Shown: positions 36,701 through 49,964, counted from the whole stretch's first letter. The stretch is DNA of 59,975 nucleotides, filler included, from Sphacelaria rigidula (GCA_964200075.2; 6 parts of 6 records of this genome joined end to end with filler, not necessarily neighbours in it); one strand, 5' to 3'. Translations and numbers: made by a program. Notes: generated from the letters alone by a model not told the origin.

Positions 36701-38700
36701 TTCGAGATGAGGGGCAAAGAATGAAGGTGTTAGGCATCGTCCAATGCTAGGGGCCGAAGAAAAGCGAGGGAAAATTTGAAGCGAGGGGGGGCGCAGACGA
36801 TGACAGAACGGCGTAGAACACACGTGTACGACCTGGAGATATGCAGGGAAATATCATCGCATCGGACTGAAATACAAAGGGGGAGGGGGGAAAGGATGCT
36901 TCGTCACCCGTGCTGTCGCGATAATCGCTCTCTCACCTGTCTGTGCCGTGTGTCAACGGCGAGCATATCGGTAACGCGAATTCCGTTTGGGCTGCCGCGT
37001 CTGCTTGCATGGACACGTACTTGAGTGGTTCCATGTTCGCCCTTGCTCTAATGGCACCGGAGGTGATAGTGGCCAACCGCTGTCGGTCTGCCGTCAACAC
37101 CTGAAGGAACGGCGGGGTGGCGACGTGCGGCTTTTTCAGGGGCGCCTGGTGGTGCACTAGGCATTGCGGGATTGGGTAAACTCACTTCCCGATCGCGGCA
37201 CCTCAAAAAATACGCGTGGTTTGGCCCGTGAAGACCTGTCTGCCGCCCGCGGCGCGAATGAGGCACTCTACTCGCGGGATAGCGTGCCTTCAGAGGAGGA
37301 TGGAATGGTACTGGGCGAGGGGAGTGACACAACGGCCGAGGCGTCCAAATCCACGCCCTACTAGCGCAACTGTACGATCACAAAAGGTCTTGAGTCCTGA
37401 ACAAGCCGAGGGTGGTGGAGATGCATCCTGGAAATACATGAACAGGAGGTGATGGTGACAGATTGTTTGCAGCTAAGATGCGAAAAATCTAACTCGGCGT
37501 ACCAGAGGCGTAGCCCGGCGCAGAAAAGTGCGCAATTTAGTTGTCGTTGAGTGCATGGATGCGCGTTTTTCTCGCAGTTGAACCAACACCAAGTTACTCA
37601 ACAAGAGTACGAGGCCAGAGTCTCCTCATGACTTCTGGGGGTTGGGCTGTCGTAGCCCATTCGCGGTATTTTTGCGTCGTGGGGACGCTGCGTACAGAAT
37701 AAGCTCACGATGTTCTCACCTTCATATGCTCAGCTTGCCCCGCTGCGGCCTTCTTCATCGTGTCGGGGTTCGCCATTACCCTCACACCTGCTGTCCCATT
37801 CAGGGTGTCGTAAAAAAGCGTGCAGCTGTGACACTTCATAAACGAGCACCCGGAGCGCATCTTGTAGTGTGGGCGGTGTTTCCGCAGCGTGAGGTAAAAA
37901 TAGGCCGTGCTAACGACTGCCGCTCCGACGCGAGTCGCCTCTGCCACGTAATTGTCGTACAATTCCTGCCGAACGTCGCGGTGCATCGGAGGAATAAGTA
38001 ACGTCATGGGTCACGCGAATCTGCGCTTGCGTTGAATCGATAGTGGAGAGGGTCATGCTACGGTAGGACAGTGGGGAGGGGGGAGGGGGTGGTAGAGGGG
38101 ATTTCGGGCCTTTTTTTTCGTATGGTGTTGTGCTTGAAATTGCCGTCGATAGCAGCAGTGGTTGTTCCAACGCGCTGTCCTACATAAATAACACTCGCTC
38201 ATACTGCTTTGCTCCGCTTTTGCCACAGAACTAGTGCACCGCGAGCGTTTTGGGTCGTCTGCGGTATCTATGGACCGATGTTTTCGTGTGTTCAAACACT
38301 TTCCTGCCTTTCGCAGCGTGACTCGACGAAAGATACGTGACGGAAAACGTTTGAAAGGCGCGCCTGTTTCTGGAAAAGAAGTATCGATTACGAATGGCGA
38401 GTCTCGGTGAGTGCGCTGACAACGCCGCGCGGTTGCGCCACTGCGTCGTGGGAGTGGCTTTCCTAACGGCAAAAATAAGATTTGCAAGTGCAGCTGCTGA
38501 GCGCGCACGCGGGACTACGGATGAATACGTCAGAGACGCGCCAACCGCTGTTTGTACGTACCTTCTTGTTGCGCATGTAGAAATATACCGCACCCTCGTG
38601 GGGCATGAGCTCACCGTACACGTCGGCATACCAATCCAGGTAAGCGAGGAGAGTTCGCTCGCGGTCGGACTCTTTCCTCGCCTGACAGGCGCCGCGATTC
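33745..38700 (-). pseudogene. Intron-containing Sola-like DDE transposase pseudogene
   Basis: GT-AG exons at about 38700/38681-38562 (YGELMPH), 37965-37720 (FMKCHSC), 37100-36937 (SMQADAAAQTEFALP), 36375-36291, 36031-35781 (GRNLICTSIH...LYLQLDNCVGQ/NKN...FMIMGHTHIMIDQVFSR), 34996-34560 and about 34400-33745. At least 2 frameshifts and 1 stop. Confidence 0.8.
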
Positions 38701-39154
38701 CTGACATATGCAGTGTCGAAATGGGCGCGTCGACATGCATTTATTTACGGGCGGTGGTTATGGTCTGACATGCTCGAACCGCGGTGCGGGGAAGATCATG
38801 GCCAACCAGGGATCAGAATGCCCTTAGACGTGGAGTACTTCTGTGGTGGTGCTTCACGGTTGCTGTTGGGGTGAGATACAGGCTGGGCCAGCCTACAAGC
38901 GGATTTGTAATTTGCAGGCGAATTCGCAATTTTTTCTTGAGTTGGGCGGTGAAATTTGGCATGAACAATCAACAGAGCATGAAGTACAGCTGTCTGTGAA
39001 GATCCGAAGGAATTTGTGAGTTTGAATTTTATGTTACTTTTTTTCACTGATCTCGGGCGTTCGAGTATGGTGGCGACCATTTTTTTTACAAGAACGGCCG
39101 AACCTCCCATAAAAACATATTGAAGGCCTTTTTTTTTACTCCGCACCTCCGAAA

Positions 39155-39952
39155 GCGCAGTTGAGGTTGAGCTCAAGTTGAGGTCCTCGGGCTTAGTCGT
39201 TAGACTGCGAGATCAGTCTTTCTGGATCATGCATTTTTTTCATCACTTGAAATTGATGCCGATTCAACGGGAGACTATTCTCGCGGTCTAAGGGTTCACT
39301 AAGCCTTTTTATCGAAAAGCTTTAAAAGAGCTCAAAATGTTCCTGAAGCTACTCATGTGCTCAAGACGCATAAAATTGCGTTTTTGTTTTGACGCGCCTC
39401 CTGCAGCCTGTGAATCAGCTGCTTGAGACTGCTCCCTGCGACCCATGGCGTCACTCGTCACCGGACGGGCTTGAATATTCAGTGCAGTACTGCAGCACTC
39501 GGAAATGCCACGGTTGCGGGTCTGATCCGCCAAACGTTCCTGTTTGTTTCATGTTATATATATATATATATATTTGATGCTACGTGGAATTGAAAAATGT
39601 AATGTATATTTTGCGCAATAGTCGTACCGTGGGTTTGGTTGTACATGGTGCATTGTGCGGCGTATAGCGCACGACCTACAGCGTTTTAGAGGGGTAAACA
39701 GTGAAAACAGCAGAGGACAGTCTCGGCAACATCCGGCGGGCTCCCGTTTTAAATTTCAAAGCCACATGATATCATGATCCCAGCGATACTTCAAGCTCTG
39801 CCCTTTTAGTCATCACCTCCGTAGTAAGCGCAGTTGAGGTTGAGCTCAAGTTGAGGTCCTCGGGCTTAGTCGTTAGACTGCGAGATCAGTCTTTCTGGAT
39901 CATGCATTTTTTTCATCACTTGAAATTGATGCCGATTCAACGGGAGACTATT
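39155..39952. repeat. Local direct duplication (about 39155-39280 and 39826-39952) containing reverse copies of the mini-piggyBac (39197-39294)
   Basis: AAGCGCAGTTGAGGTTGAGCTC...GGGAGACTATT is identical in both. CTCGCGGTCTAAGGG TIR at 39280-39294. Confidence 0.85.
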
Positions 39953-40052
39953 NNNNNNNNNNNNNNNNNNNNNNNNNNNNNNNNNNNNNNNNNNNNTTAA
40001 TTAATTAANNNNNNNNNNNNNNNNNNNNNNNNNNNNNNNNNNNNNNNNNNNN
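39953..40052. other. Artificial contig linker
   Basis: 100-bp N/TTAATTAATTAA/N. Confidence 0.98.
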
Positions 40053-40222
40053 AAACGGTTCCTCCCTGTCCTCTGGGGACAAAAAAAAAAACGAACACCG
40101 ACATCATCACACCCGACGGATCCCCATCCTGAGAATACGTAAATGTTGCTGTCATCGATTCATTCCGCGCCTAGAGACTCCACCGCACACGCGCGCGCGC
40201 GAGGTGGCGATGACTGATTCAC

Positions 40223-42014
40223 CTGGAATGAGAGCTTATGGGACTCGAAATATCGCGACGCCGGAAAGGACGGAACGCAGCCCAAGGGAAGGTCACTGTG
40301 CCGCTCGTACGTCATGGTCAAGTCGAAACGCGACATGTACTGGTTCCCGAATCACGCAGCATGGCACAGCACGGCACGGCACAGCACAGCACAGCACAGC
40401 ACAGCACAGCACAGCACAGCACAGCACAGCACAGCACAGCACAGCACATGATAAGTGAAAGCGGGATACGCGTACAGGCACGAGGATAGCGGAGTTGGAT
40501 GGTGCAACGGTGGCCTCTCCCAAAATGACTCGGATACAGTATGGTCGGTATATAAATCCCATGGAACGAGGAGAAAAGAAGTAACTTGAAAACGCATCCA
40601 CATACGAGGAACATTTTGACAAGAAGATTAATGGAATATTATGCCCCGTCTTTCTTGACCCCCCTCCTCCCCCCTGGATACGGTGTTGCCAATCTAGATG
40701 ACGACAAATAAAATAAATAAAAATAATTTCAGCGCGGCCAATCTAAACTCCGAAAACTGAAGCTGGATCTTGCTTGAATTTCGGAGTATCGAATCTTTAT
40801 GAATTGCTCCATTTCGTTGATCGAGAGCGAGGATCAGCTGCGCCGCGGTGGGCAAATTAGTCTAACATCGGCTAATGGGTTCGGATCGCCATGGGAACGG
40901 TCTATAGTTTGGATTCCCGTCGTGGAAAGAGTGCGGCAGTACTGATCAGTCATGATCCAATGTACGACAGCGTTTTATTGGGTGAATACCGGGGGGGGGG
41001 CGTACTCATTTGTTGCTCGCCTTAGTCGTTTGACCATTGACCACTTTCGACACCGAGCACCGTTCCTACTCCTAATAAAGAAACCTCCAACATTCCGGTG
41101 TCTCAGGGGTAGGAACGGTGCTGCCAATCCTAACAGGGGGAAAGATGGGTCGATCGTTTCAAAAGACGGACAGGGGCTGAGGGAGGGGACGGGAAGGGGT
41201 CAACAGTATGACGAACCTCCCCTCTAATAAAGCCGGCGTGCACGCTCAAGAACCAGGTATCGTTGAAGCGCATACGAGGGAGAGGAGAGGGGGGGGAGGA
41301 AGGGGGGTGTACTCAAGATCATGCATGCCATGGTCATAAGACCATCAACCTCGGGTCCCTACAAAGCCGGGACGGGGCATGGGGGGGAGGAAAAATTCGA
41401 TACGCTTGGAGGAGAGAGGGGGGCATGCGAACGATGCAGCGAGGCAAGCAAGTACTCGAACGTGCGAATGACGTTGCAGGTGCGCTCGCTCGGGGATCAC
41501 CAACAAAAATCCGATTCGCGTGCGTGACTGATGGTGGAAACAATGAAGAATGAAATAATCCGGAGTTTATCACTCGAACGCGGTTGGTTCATTTTCTCAT
41601 CAGTGTACTTACTGACCGGGGCTTGCTTCTTGTACCATCTTTCTCCATGAAGCCCTGGTGACGTCTTATCCGCTCCTCTTTTTCTGGAGCCGTTATGCGG
41701 TGTTTAGATTAACGTGGATGTTAGTGTAGAATGTTTGTATTTCCTTCTATTTTTTCTGTGTTACCTCTTTTGGCGAGATTCATGTGGAGCGAGTGTCCCC
41801 CGTTATTTCATCTTGGATGCGTCTACATGTTGTGACGACGGGTGATCTCCTTCGAATCAGTTGACGTGGGGACAATTACCCGATCAAACAAAAATTTCAT
41901 CAATCAAATCAATCAGATCACGTATATGTTCGGGTATCAACAATAAATTACCGATTATTCGCGGGCGACTCGGCTGTTGTAGACGTGCAAGTAGTAGTCA
42001 CATTAGCAAGCGGG

Positions 42015-42045
<31 letters not shown>

Positions 42046-43328
42046 CGAAGGAAGTTGCATATACGTTGAGCAACGGTTCACACTGAACATCCTGAACAAC
42101 AACAAAAATTGGGGATTCGGAGCACTCCCAAATCCTCCCGTACAATGAATGCATTCAGCACATGTTCTTCCTGGCACACACAAGCCCACGGGACCAAAAC
42201 GATGAAAAATACCTGCAAGAGATATCTTGGGGGCAATCAAGCACGTATACGTCGTGTTCGATCGTAGGGTACTAGTCACTGAACGGTTACACTTCGTGGC
42301 TGACCGATCCTGTCCTCCACAGTCTCGGTGTAACGGTAACTGAACCAGCAGACCTGAAGAAATGTTCGTACGCAATGGTTGACAGGGGATGATGACTCCT
42401 TGATTTTGGACTTGAGAGAGTTCCGAGAAAAAGTATGGTTTGGGGCAGGTGAGCAGTGGACCCAGCTCGTCCAGAACGTGATTTCGTCGAAATCAGCGCC
42501 TGTGGCGACGATTTCAAGTCTGCCAACGCACAATTCGCGTAGGGAAATCTGTGCACCCTCTTTGCCCGAGAGTCTCGTGCGCCGTGAGTCGGGGTTAGGG
42601 TTCAAGGTGTTAGTGTTAGTGTTAGTTTGTAACATCCCATGATGTTTCCCATCAACCAGTATGTACGAACATTTCTTCAGGTCCCCATAACTGAACGGCG
42701 TCCACTCTCACCTGTTGAACTACAATTCCACGCTACACGCTACCAGGGAGAGATGTGTTGATCCCTTGAGACCACGGAGTCGTCCCGAGGAAGCGGAAGG
42801 GGTGAGAACCGTGACTCATCGGAACTACAACGAACAAAAAACGCCCTGTCTCCGCTTATACCCGTTCGAATACCAACCGCCCATCTGTCTGTATTGGGAA
42901 CACGCCAGGATTCGCGTCGGAACATTCAAGTCAAGACGATAACTTAATGAACTCAATCAACCAACTAACTCATCAATCGATCAAGCAACACGACAAAAAG
43001 CACGCAATGGCCCAACCGATCAACTAATCAACCGACAATCATCCACACAAATCAAAATCAAGCAAGCAAGCAAAAAAAACGACATCAATCGCACAATCGA
43101 TTGTAAATCTAGACCAGTCCATGGTGAAATGATTTTTTTTTGTCAACTCACTAATTTATCCTCAAGAAGTGGCTTGATAAAATCGTCGGTGACGGGCTCC
43201 AGATTGAGGAAGACGTACTGCACCCCCTTCGGCTTCTCTCCCTCCTTTTCGTTGTCCCACGTCGGAAACTCCTTTCCAAGATGCGTTGATGGGTGGAACA
43301 ACACCCCATCTGCCTTGTCCAGCTTTTC
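40223..43328 (-). CDS. Alpha-1,3-fucosyltransferase (GT10) family, two internal exons (partial gene)
   Basis: AG/GT-bounded phase-0 exons 43328-43152 (KADGVLFH...KPKGVQYVFLNLEP) and 40339-40223 (YMSRFDLTMTYERHSDLP) join in frame and match the GT10 N-terminal motifs AD.V.FH, Q..V....E and F..TMTY...SD.P. Confidence 0.85.
40364..40448. repeat. (GCACA)n microsatellite
   Basis: About 17 pentamer units. Confidence 0.95.
41270..41375 (-). repeat. Dispersed repeat with copies at about 48590-48720 and 49370-49465 (+)
   Basis: CCGGCTTTGTAGG.A..CGAGG..A.GGTC core in three places. Confidence 0.7.
42346..42687. mobile_element. Mutator-like MITE with 9-bp TSD
   Basis: TAACTGAAC at 42337-42345 and 42688-42696. 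Sub-terminal inverted repeat GACCTGAAGAAATGTTCGTAC. Confidence 0.8.
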
Positions 43329-44007
43329 CTGAGAGAAACAACACAAATATCGAAGGCAGCGACAACAACATCAGCAACATCAGCAACAACGACACTGCGT
43401 ACAGTGTCGACAATTGCGACTATTGCAACAGACAACAGATTTCACACTGTACGTAGTACACTTTTTGACAATGTAATATATAGTCACTATCCACTGTGTG
43501 AACTCATCCCCGAGCAGCAACAGCAACCAATGAACAGCATTCATCAACAAACGAGAAACCACGGGCTGCGAACGACGAGGGACACACACCAGACTGATCC
43601 GACGAAACAGCGACAGCAGTGGCAACAACACCACTCATGGCATCACAGAGCAGTAACGACACATAGATTTTGAATGCACATGTAATGGAATCCGTTGCTG
43701 TAATGCATACGTGCGTCTCTTGTAACGTACAAAAATAGGGTCCCCAGCAACACTCACACGATATACACCAGGATTATTTACCTTTACACACCAAAATCAT
43801 CAGCATGCTTGATCTACAAAATAATATTCTCCTTCCTTCTACTAAAATGCACACGAACAAGAATAAACATACTTGAAATACACACAATGATGTGTTTTTC
43901 TTCCCTTTTCCTGAAGTGCGCACATACCAAAATCAGCATATTTCATGTACGAGATAGAGCTCGGAAATAGTACCATGTATTCACTGTCTATTATCATCAT
44001 AACGGTA

Positions 44008-44235
44008 ATAACCCTGACCTCGATCCAAGGAGTACGAGACCCTCGGGCAAGGGGGGCGCATAGGTTTCCCTAGGGAAGGTGTCCGTTGGCAGACGTAAAA
44101 CCGACGCTACAGGCGCCGATCTCGAGAAAAACAGGTTTTGGACCAGCTGGGTCCACTGCTCACCTGCCCTGAACCATATATTTTCTCAGAATGTTTACAC
44201 TCTAAAATCAAGTAGTCTTCCCGTCAACCATAAAT
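44008..44235 (-). mobile_element. Partial reverse copy of the 42346-42687 MITE
   Basis: Reverse complement of about 42375-42600 (CCAGCTGGGTCCACTGCTCACCTGCCC core). Confidence 0.78.
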
Positions 44236-44294
44236 ATACGCCCCAAGGCTGTAGGTCTACTGCCAGCGGGGCCAGCAGAAACAGCAAGCAAAAA

Positions 44295-44420
44295 CGGTTG
44301 CCATGCAGGCCAGCTCTGCTCAATCTGAGCGGCTTTTACCCGTCGCTGAGCAGGCAATAACCAAAAAGCGGGTCTATCTTTCGAGCGACAACGTTGAGCT
44401 TCTGGTTTTCTTGTGGACGG
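44295..44420 (+). pseudogene. hAT transposase C-terminal dimerisation-domain remnant
   Basis: AMQASSAQSERLLPVAEQAITKKRVYLSSDNVELLVFL fits the hATC pattern ASS..SER.FS.A..IT..R..L....VE.L.FL. Confidence 0.8.
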
Positions 44421-45034
44421 TGTGGCCTGCACTGGACGCATGGGCTGCGCAGAAAAAAAGCCGTGCCACAGGCAGTGTTTTGTGTCATGGCTAGTTGTAG
44501 GAGTGCCAGTACTACGCGCTAACGTCATGGGACTTGGTGGAAGTATTACCTCACGTTTGACGTCGTAGTCTGAGTATTGCTTTCCTTGTAGAGTCTTATT
44601 TCGGGTTATCTTTTAGTCCGGCGTCGCTCCTAGTTATTTTGTCCAATATAGCAGTGCGTTTCATTGCTCTTGCTCTTGTTTTTTTTTATCCGGATTCATT
44701 TGTCTTCTTATGACCACGGCTAGATGCGCAGCGAATCAGTGGATAAATGTTAGGAACTCAAGAAATCAGTCAACTGTGTGCATCTTGTACATCTACGATT
44801 GTGTACCGTCCCACCGTCTTACGACACAAACTCAACAATCGCTAACTACCTTCTTGCCAAAGAATTTTCCCGCTGTCGACTTCACGCGGTGAAAAGCACA
44901 CCCATGGTGCTCCGCCACGATGGTGCCTTGCCACGTTGCCTGTCTCAAGCTCAGAAAATCGGTGGGCTATCGTAACTATTTTTGAAAACGCGTTTGAAAT
45001 CCCGTCGCACTCCAACACACCATCTAGCCCACAG

Positions 45035-45875
45035 CAGCCATGGTGGCTTGGCTGCCATCACCACTACTGTCGCTGGTGCTCGCGGGCAATCAGCGTGTTG
45101 CGTCGTTATCCTTCGCTCGCCGGTATCATGATGGTCCTTTACCCCATGAGAACAGCACAGGGCAGGGTCGATGACGAGTGCTGTACAAACATTCTGTATG
45201 TAGTATGCACAGACAGTATCGTAGCTCGCAGTTCAGGTATGTACATGCAGCGTGTTCTGAACAGCACTCGCAATGCATTACAGACTGCCCACGAACTCAG
45301 GATTTGTAGAGACAGGATCGCACTGACTGTACACACAAATTCAGTAGAAGCAGTGCTACTGCTGTAGCGTCTGCGGGGCTTGGGTGCTTGGGCAGTCTGT
45401 ACTGTATTCGAGTGCTGTTTACAGCACGCTGCATGCACAGACCTCAACTGAGCTACAATACAGTGGAAACTACATACTAAGTGTTTGTACCCGACTGTAG
45501 ACTCTAGCCACATTGTGTAGGTGGAGTTGCGGGTCTGATTGCCGGACTCTGTGGTAGGTGATCTCCATGACGTGAGGCTTGGTTTTGCTACTCTGGTGGA
45601 GAGAGGCTTTGGTCCTGTTCTCCTGTACTATGCTGCGGGCTATTGTATGAATAACTAAAGCTGCTGAAGTCCATGTGCCCGTGATGGGAGGAGTTCACAT
45701 GGCGATCTGATCTTGAGTGACAGAAGTCTACAGAACTCGTCATCGATCCTACCCCGTTTTGTTCTCATGCGGGTAAGGGCCATCACCCTACTGGCGAGCG
45801 AAAGACAGTAAAGCAACACGCTGGCTGCCCACGAGCACTAGCGACAGCAGTGGTGATGGCAGCCAAGCCATCACT
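45035..45875. mobile_element. Foldback/MITE-like element with about 160-bp inverted arms
   Basis: 45040-45197 is the inverted copy of 45720-45872. Confidence 0.7.
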
Positions 45876-46299
45876 AGAGCAATGGCATAAAATACAGTAC
45901 TGTTGTGTGTACTGTCGTTCGTGTGGTCTTTCCAGCCAAGTACTACCGTGCAGTGAAAAAGCACAACCGTCAGTTCTACAGCCAGTTAAAGTGCAGCGAG
46001 GCGGTGTTCGTATTGATCGTCTTGCGTCACGCAGCCCACTATATATTGCTCAAGCAATGTATCACAGTAGTACAGTCAGTACGGACCGTACACCACAACA
46101 CGGCAGCAGAGTGCTGCGTATCTCTCGCCCCAGAATTTGAAATTATGCCTGCACACCTCATAGAAAACGATGAAAACTGCGTTTCTAATTTTGACAGAGC
46201 GTCGATCACGTGAGAAGAGCTACTTTGAAAAATTATGTGGAAAATGGCGCTGTTGAAAAACGGCTTGCCCGAAAACGTGCCACACTCTGGACAATGGAC

Positions 46300-48000
46300 A
46301 CAATAATAGTCGATTGCTTCAGTAATAGATACGGGGAAAAATCTATCGATATATATTATCGAGTACGATAAGTGGTGAAACACATCTATTGATATGTATT
46401 GCAAGGGAAAATAGTTCTTGCACTTGGCGATCGATAGCCTATCGCAATTATAATGGATAAAGATCACTCGCCATCGATGCACAGTGTGTACTGCAACAGA
46501 TTCTCGGATATACATATCGATACCCATCGCCGCATCAATAGGTTAGATGAGCCATCAATCGATAGTCATTGCCGTCATCAATAGATGAGGTGAGTCATCG
46601 ATCAATATCTTACACCGTTATAAAAAAAATGGTGAGCCATCGATCGGTAGCCTCTGCCGCCAACAGTGCATTTTTTGGTATCTATCAATATGGGCATTGC
46701 CGTCAACAATCGATTGTTCTCGGGAGCACCTATCGATAGCCAGTGATGCCAACAATAGGATTATAAAACTAGATTGCTCACTGCAGTGGTCTTCTGGCAT
46801 CAACGGCAATACCCCTTACACACGAACACGCAACGATATCAGGCGATAGCTGGCCATAGCATCTGGGGAATAACGGGAAACATACATCCAAGTATGTGAC
46901 TACATAGCCATAGTGATCGAAGCCATTCAGCTAATTTTGTGGTCAGCAATGGATATTGGTGGCCGCGATTCAGATGATATTGTGACCCTCAGTAGACATT
47001 TGTGGGCGCGATTCAGAGCCCATTGTCAACAGTCATTGTGGCCACAATTCAGAGCCTACCGCAACAAATAAAATGTATCCATAGACAACATGGCCTCTTC
47101 ATGGTCACGGCCATGATAAATTCTGCCCCTCGTCCCGAATATATTGCCGCCTACAATGGCTATCGATAGACATTGATGCCAATCGAGAATCACTGACAAG
47201 ATCATTGACAGTCAAATTTTCGGCGCTATTGCAGCGCCAATGTTACATTACATAGTCTTTTGTACAGGGTGTAAGCACATCTCACCCACACATGAAAGTA
47301 CTATAAGCGCTCATGTCCATCAGAGGGACAACCATAATTACCAACACCACACCAACAACAAAAGTTGCAAACGTTAGTCCACACATATTGCGAGTTCGTA
47401 CAAAATATAAGCGTTCTAAAACTGTAGAAACGCGATGTCACATATTAACAAGCAGTATCATTGTATACCCACTGCAAGTCCACCTTCGGCTTCTTTACCG
47501 TACTTTAACGGTGTATAATATGTTCTATAGGTAGTACATATATATCGCGGTGTAGGTGTGGCAATAGACGACAGAGAATATAAATCGGTAGGCATTGCAT
47601 GCCACAGTAGATTCTGGTATGTATCTATCGATATTCATGGCCGCCACGCATAGATTTTTGCGCAATATATCAATAGCGATTGCCGTCAGCAATATATTTG
47701 GTATGCAATCTGATGATAGCCATCGTCATCAATAGATTTGGCACGCGATCTATCGATATCCATTGATGTCATCAATAAATTTGGAAAACTATCAATCGAT
47801 GCATTTTGTCGGCCGCAATAGATTTCAGTGTAGGGCCACAACAGCCTGCTGCCCAGAATGAAGTGCGGGAGACTGGTCTATCGGTAGACACGGCCGACGA
47901 CAATAGAAAGAGTTACTTGCCGACCGATAGCCATTACAGGCGACAATACTAGTATCTACTGCTGCAGATTGTATTGCTATCGCAATAGATGCCGTCTATT
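46300..48000. repeat. Diverged array of ATCGAT(A)/CAATAGAT subrepeats, probably a non-autonomous TE body
   Basis: Numerous TATCGATA- and GCCATCGAT-like motifs at short spacing. No credible ORF. Confidence 0.55.
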
Positions 48001-48199
48001 GTCCAGGGTGTGCAACGTGCTTTTCAACACATAAGTAGCCTTGAATTTGGTCGAGATTATCATGATGTAATGACGCAGTGCTGCAACGACAACTTGGAAT
48101 GTGAGGTGTGGTGGGGAGAGCGCGAAATTGCTGCGATAGAAATGAAGCACAATCTTCTGGGAGTTGAAAATTTACTGCAAACTTCAAGTTTCACCACTT

Positions 48200-48533
48200 C
48201 ATGTGACGTGTTAAAGACGTTTCGTGTAACTTGTAACGTAACGTGTAACGTCTATTGTTTAATAATGCGTAAGGTGTAATGTACGTTACACCGTTACGTG
48301 AGACGTTTCATATTATGTGATTAGAACGCTTGAGCTATTAAACGTTTACGTTACGTCACGTATGTCACGTGATAAAAAAAAAGACGTTACGTTTACGATT
48401 TATTTGAAAATTCAACGTTACGTTCACGTTACATTCATCACATAAAAAAATGTAACGTTTACGTTACGTTCCGGCCAAAACGTGACGTGTACGTAACGTG
48501 CAACGCTGAGGCACGTGTAACGTGTAGACCCCT
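48200..48533. repeat. GTAACGT/TTACGT-rich subterminal array ending in ...AGACCCCTG (hAT-like end)
   Basis: Dense ACGT-core motifs with a CAGGGG-type terminus on the minus strand. Confidence 0.55.
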
Positions 48534-49892
48534 GGTATTTTCAAGAGGTGGCACGACACGCAGTTTCTGCACCGCCTCGCCCTCCTCCGCCCGACCGGCT
48601 TTGTAGGGATGCGAGGCCAACGGTCTCATGACCACGGGATCCGAGATTATGACTACACTCCCCCCGCTCCTCATCCTTCCCCCCCCCCCCCCGACCTGCC
48701 CGCTCGCCCCCTTCTTCCTAGATCTCAAACAAGTATTCTGCACATTCGTCGCAATAAACGCGGTACGAACGCCTCTGCAAGCAGCCGCATAATCTGCAAA
48801 AGCGGTCCAACGTACACGGAGAAGCCGTGAGGTGTCGATGACATCCTCCCATCATCCCATCATTGATACGTTTCATAGGGTGCGGCGTGGTCTCAACACG
48901 ATTCCAAACAACCAGCTGCTTTACTGTTTTTCTTTCACCGATTTACTACATCGGTTCGATGTTCCTGGTTCTCGTTCATTTCGTACCGTTCTCTCGAGCA
49001 CAGTGCGCCGGTTGGCAATGATGCTGTGAAACACGCCCCTTACTGCGTAAGCTAGGCAACCAGGATACCGCTCTTTTCCCCTCGCGTCTGTCTTGCGCGA
49101 ACAATGGTGGTGGTAGAATTGGATCATATTGTGCGGGGTGGGAGAACCTTAATTTCGCGCAAACGGGATGGTGGTGGTATAATTAGATCATATTGTGCGG
49201 AGCAACGCATCGGAGGCTATCATCCAAATGCAGGATAATCAGTAGGTTTCGAGCCCGACGATCTCAGCAGGATACAGCTCGCCCTTCATGCGACTTACCG
49301 AACAAACCACGGCGCTTCGCGCTTGGTGATTGATTGCCAGCCTGGTCCGGCGAAAACCCAGCGTGCTCTATCCCGGCTTTGTAGGAATGCGAGGTCAACG
49401 GTCATGTGATTACGGCATGCAAGATCATGAGCACACACTACGCTCCCGCTCTTCCCTCCTCCCCAAGCTTGGGCTCAAGCGAATCATCAGGACTAAGTGA
49501 TTTTTTTTACTCGCATACCACGTACCACCATCGCATTTTCATGACATACCGGTTCCCTCAGTTTCCGCCCAGCATCCAAGGCTTCGGATGCAATGAGAAG
49601 ATGTATTGGCCGCGATTAATATGGGAAACACGACGTAAGTTGTCGTCTCCAGAGGCCAAATGGGGGGGAAGGGGGGACGGGTGGGTTCTCACGTACGTCT
49701 TCGCAAACCATCCACAAGAGGAGGCTGCGGGACAGGATTCTATGTTGGTTTTCGAGCAAATATATCATCTTCAAGTGACATGATTGAACCTCCCAATATT
49801 GCCGTAAATATGACGAAGCGTCATAATATTCCCCTGCATCCTCATGTTTCCTGCGTTCTGTTGCACTACTACATGCGTTTGCCGATGGTACC

Positions 49893-49964
49893 CCGGTCGC
49901 CCCGGTGGCTCAGTTGGTAACCTCGTAACCTTCTGATGGTTGAGTTGGGGGGTTCGATTACCGG
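49893..49964 (+). mobile_element. tRNA-like head of the SINE, truncated by the contig end
   Basis: CCGGTCGCCCCGGTGGCTCAGTTGGTAACCTCG...GGTTCGATT. Confidence 0.8.

Noticed and set aside
46300-48533. Dense ATCGAT and ACGT palindromic motifs as a regulatory or methylation array
   Set aside because: Better explained as subterminal repeats of non-autonomous DNA transposons, like the GGTACC and GAGCT arrays elsewhere in the window
49893-49964. Possible tRNA gene
   Set aside because: No proper anticodon or acceptor stems, and it is homologous to the SINE heads at 11463 and 14003
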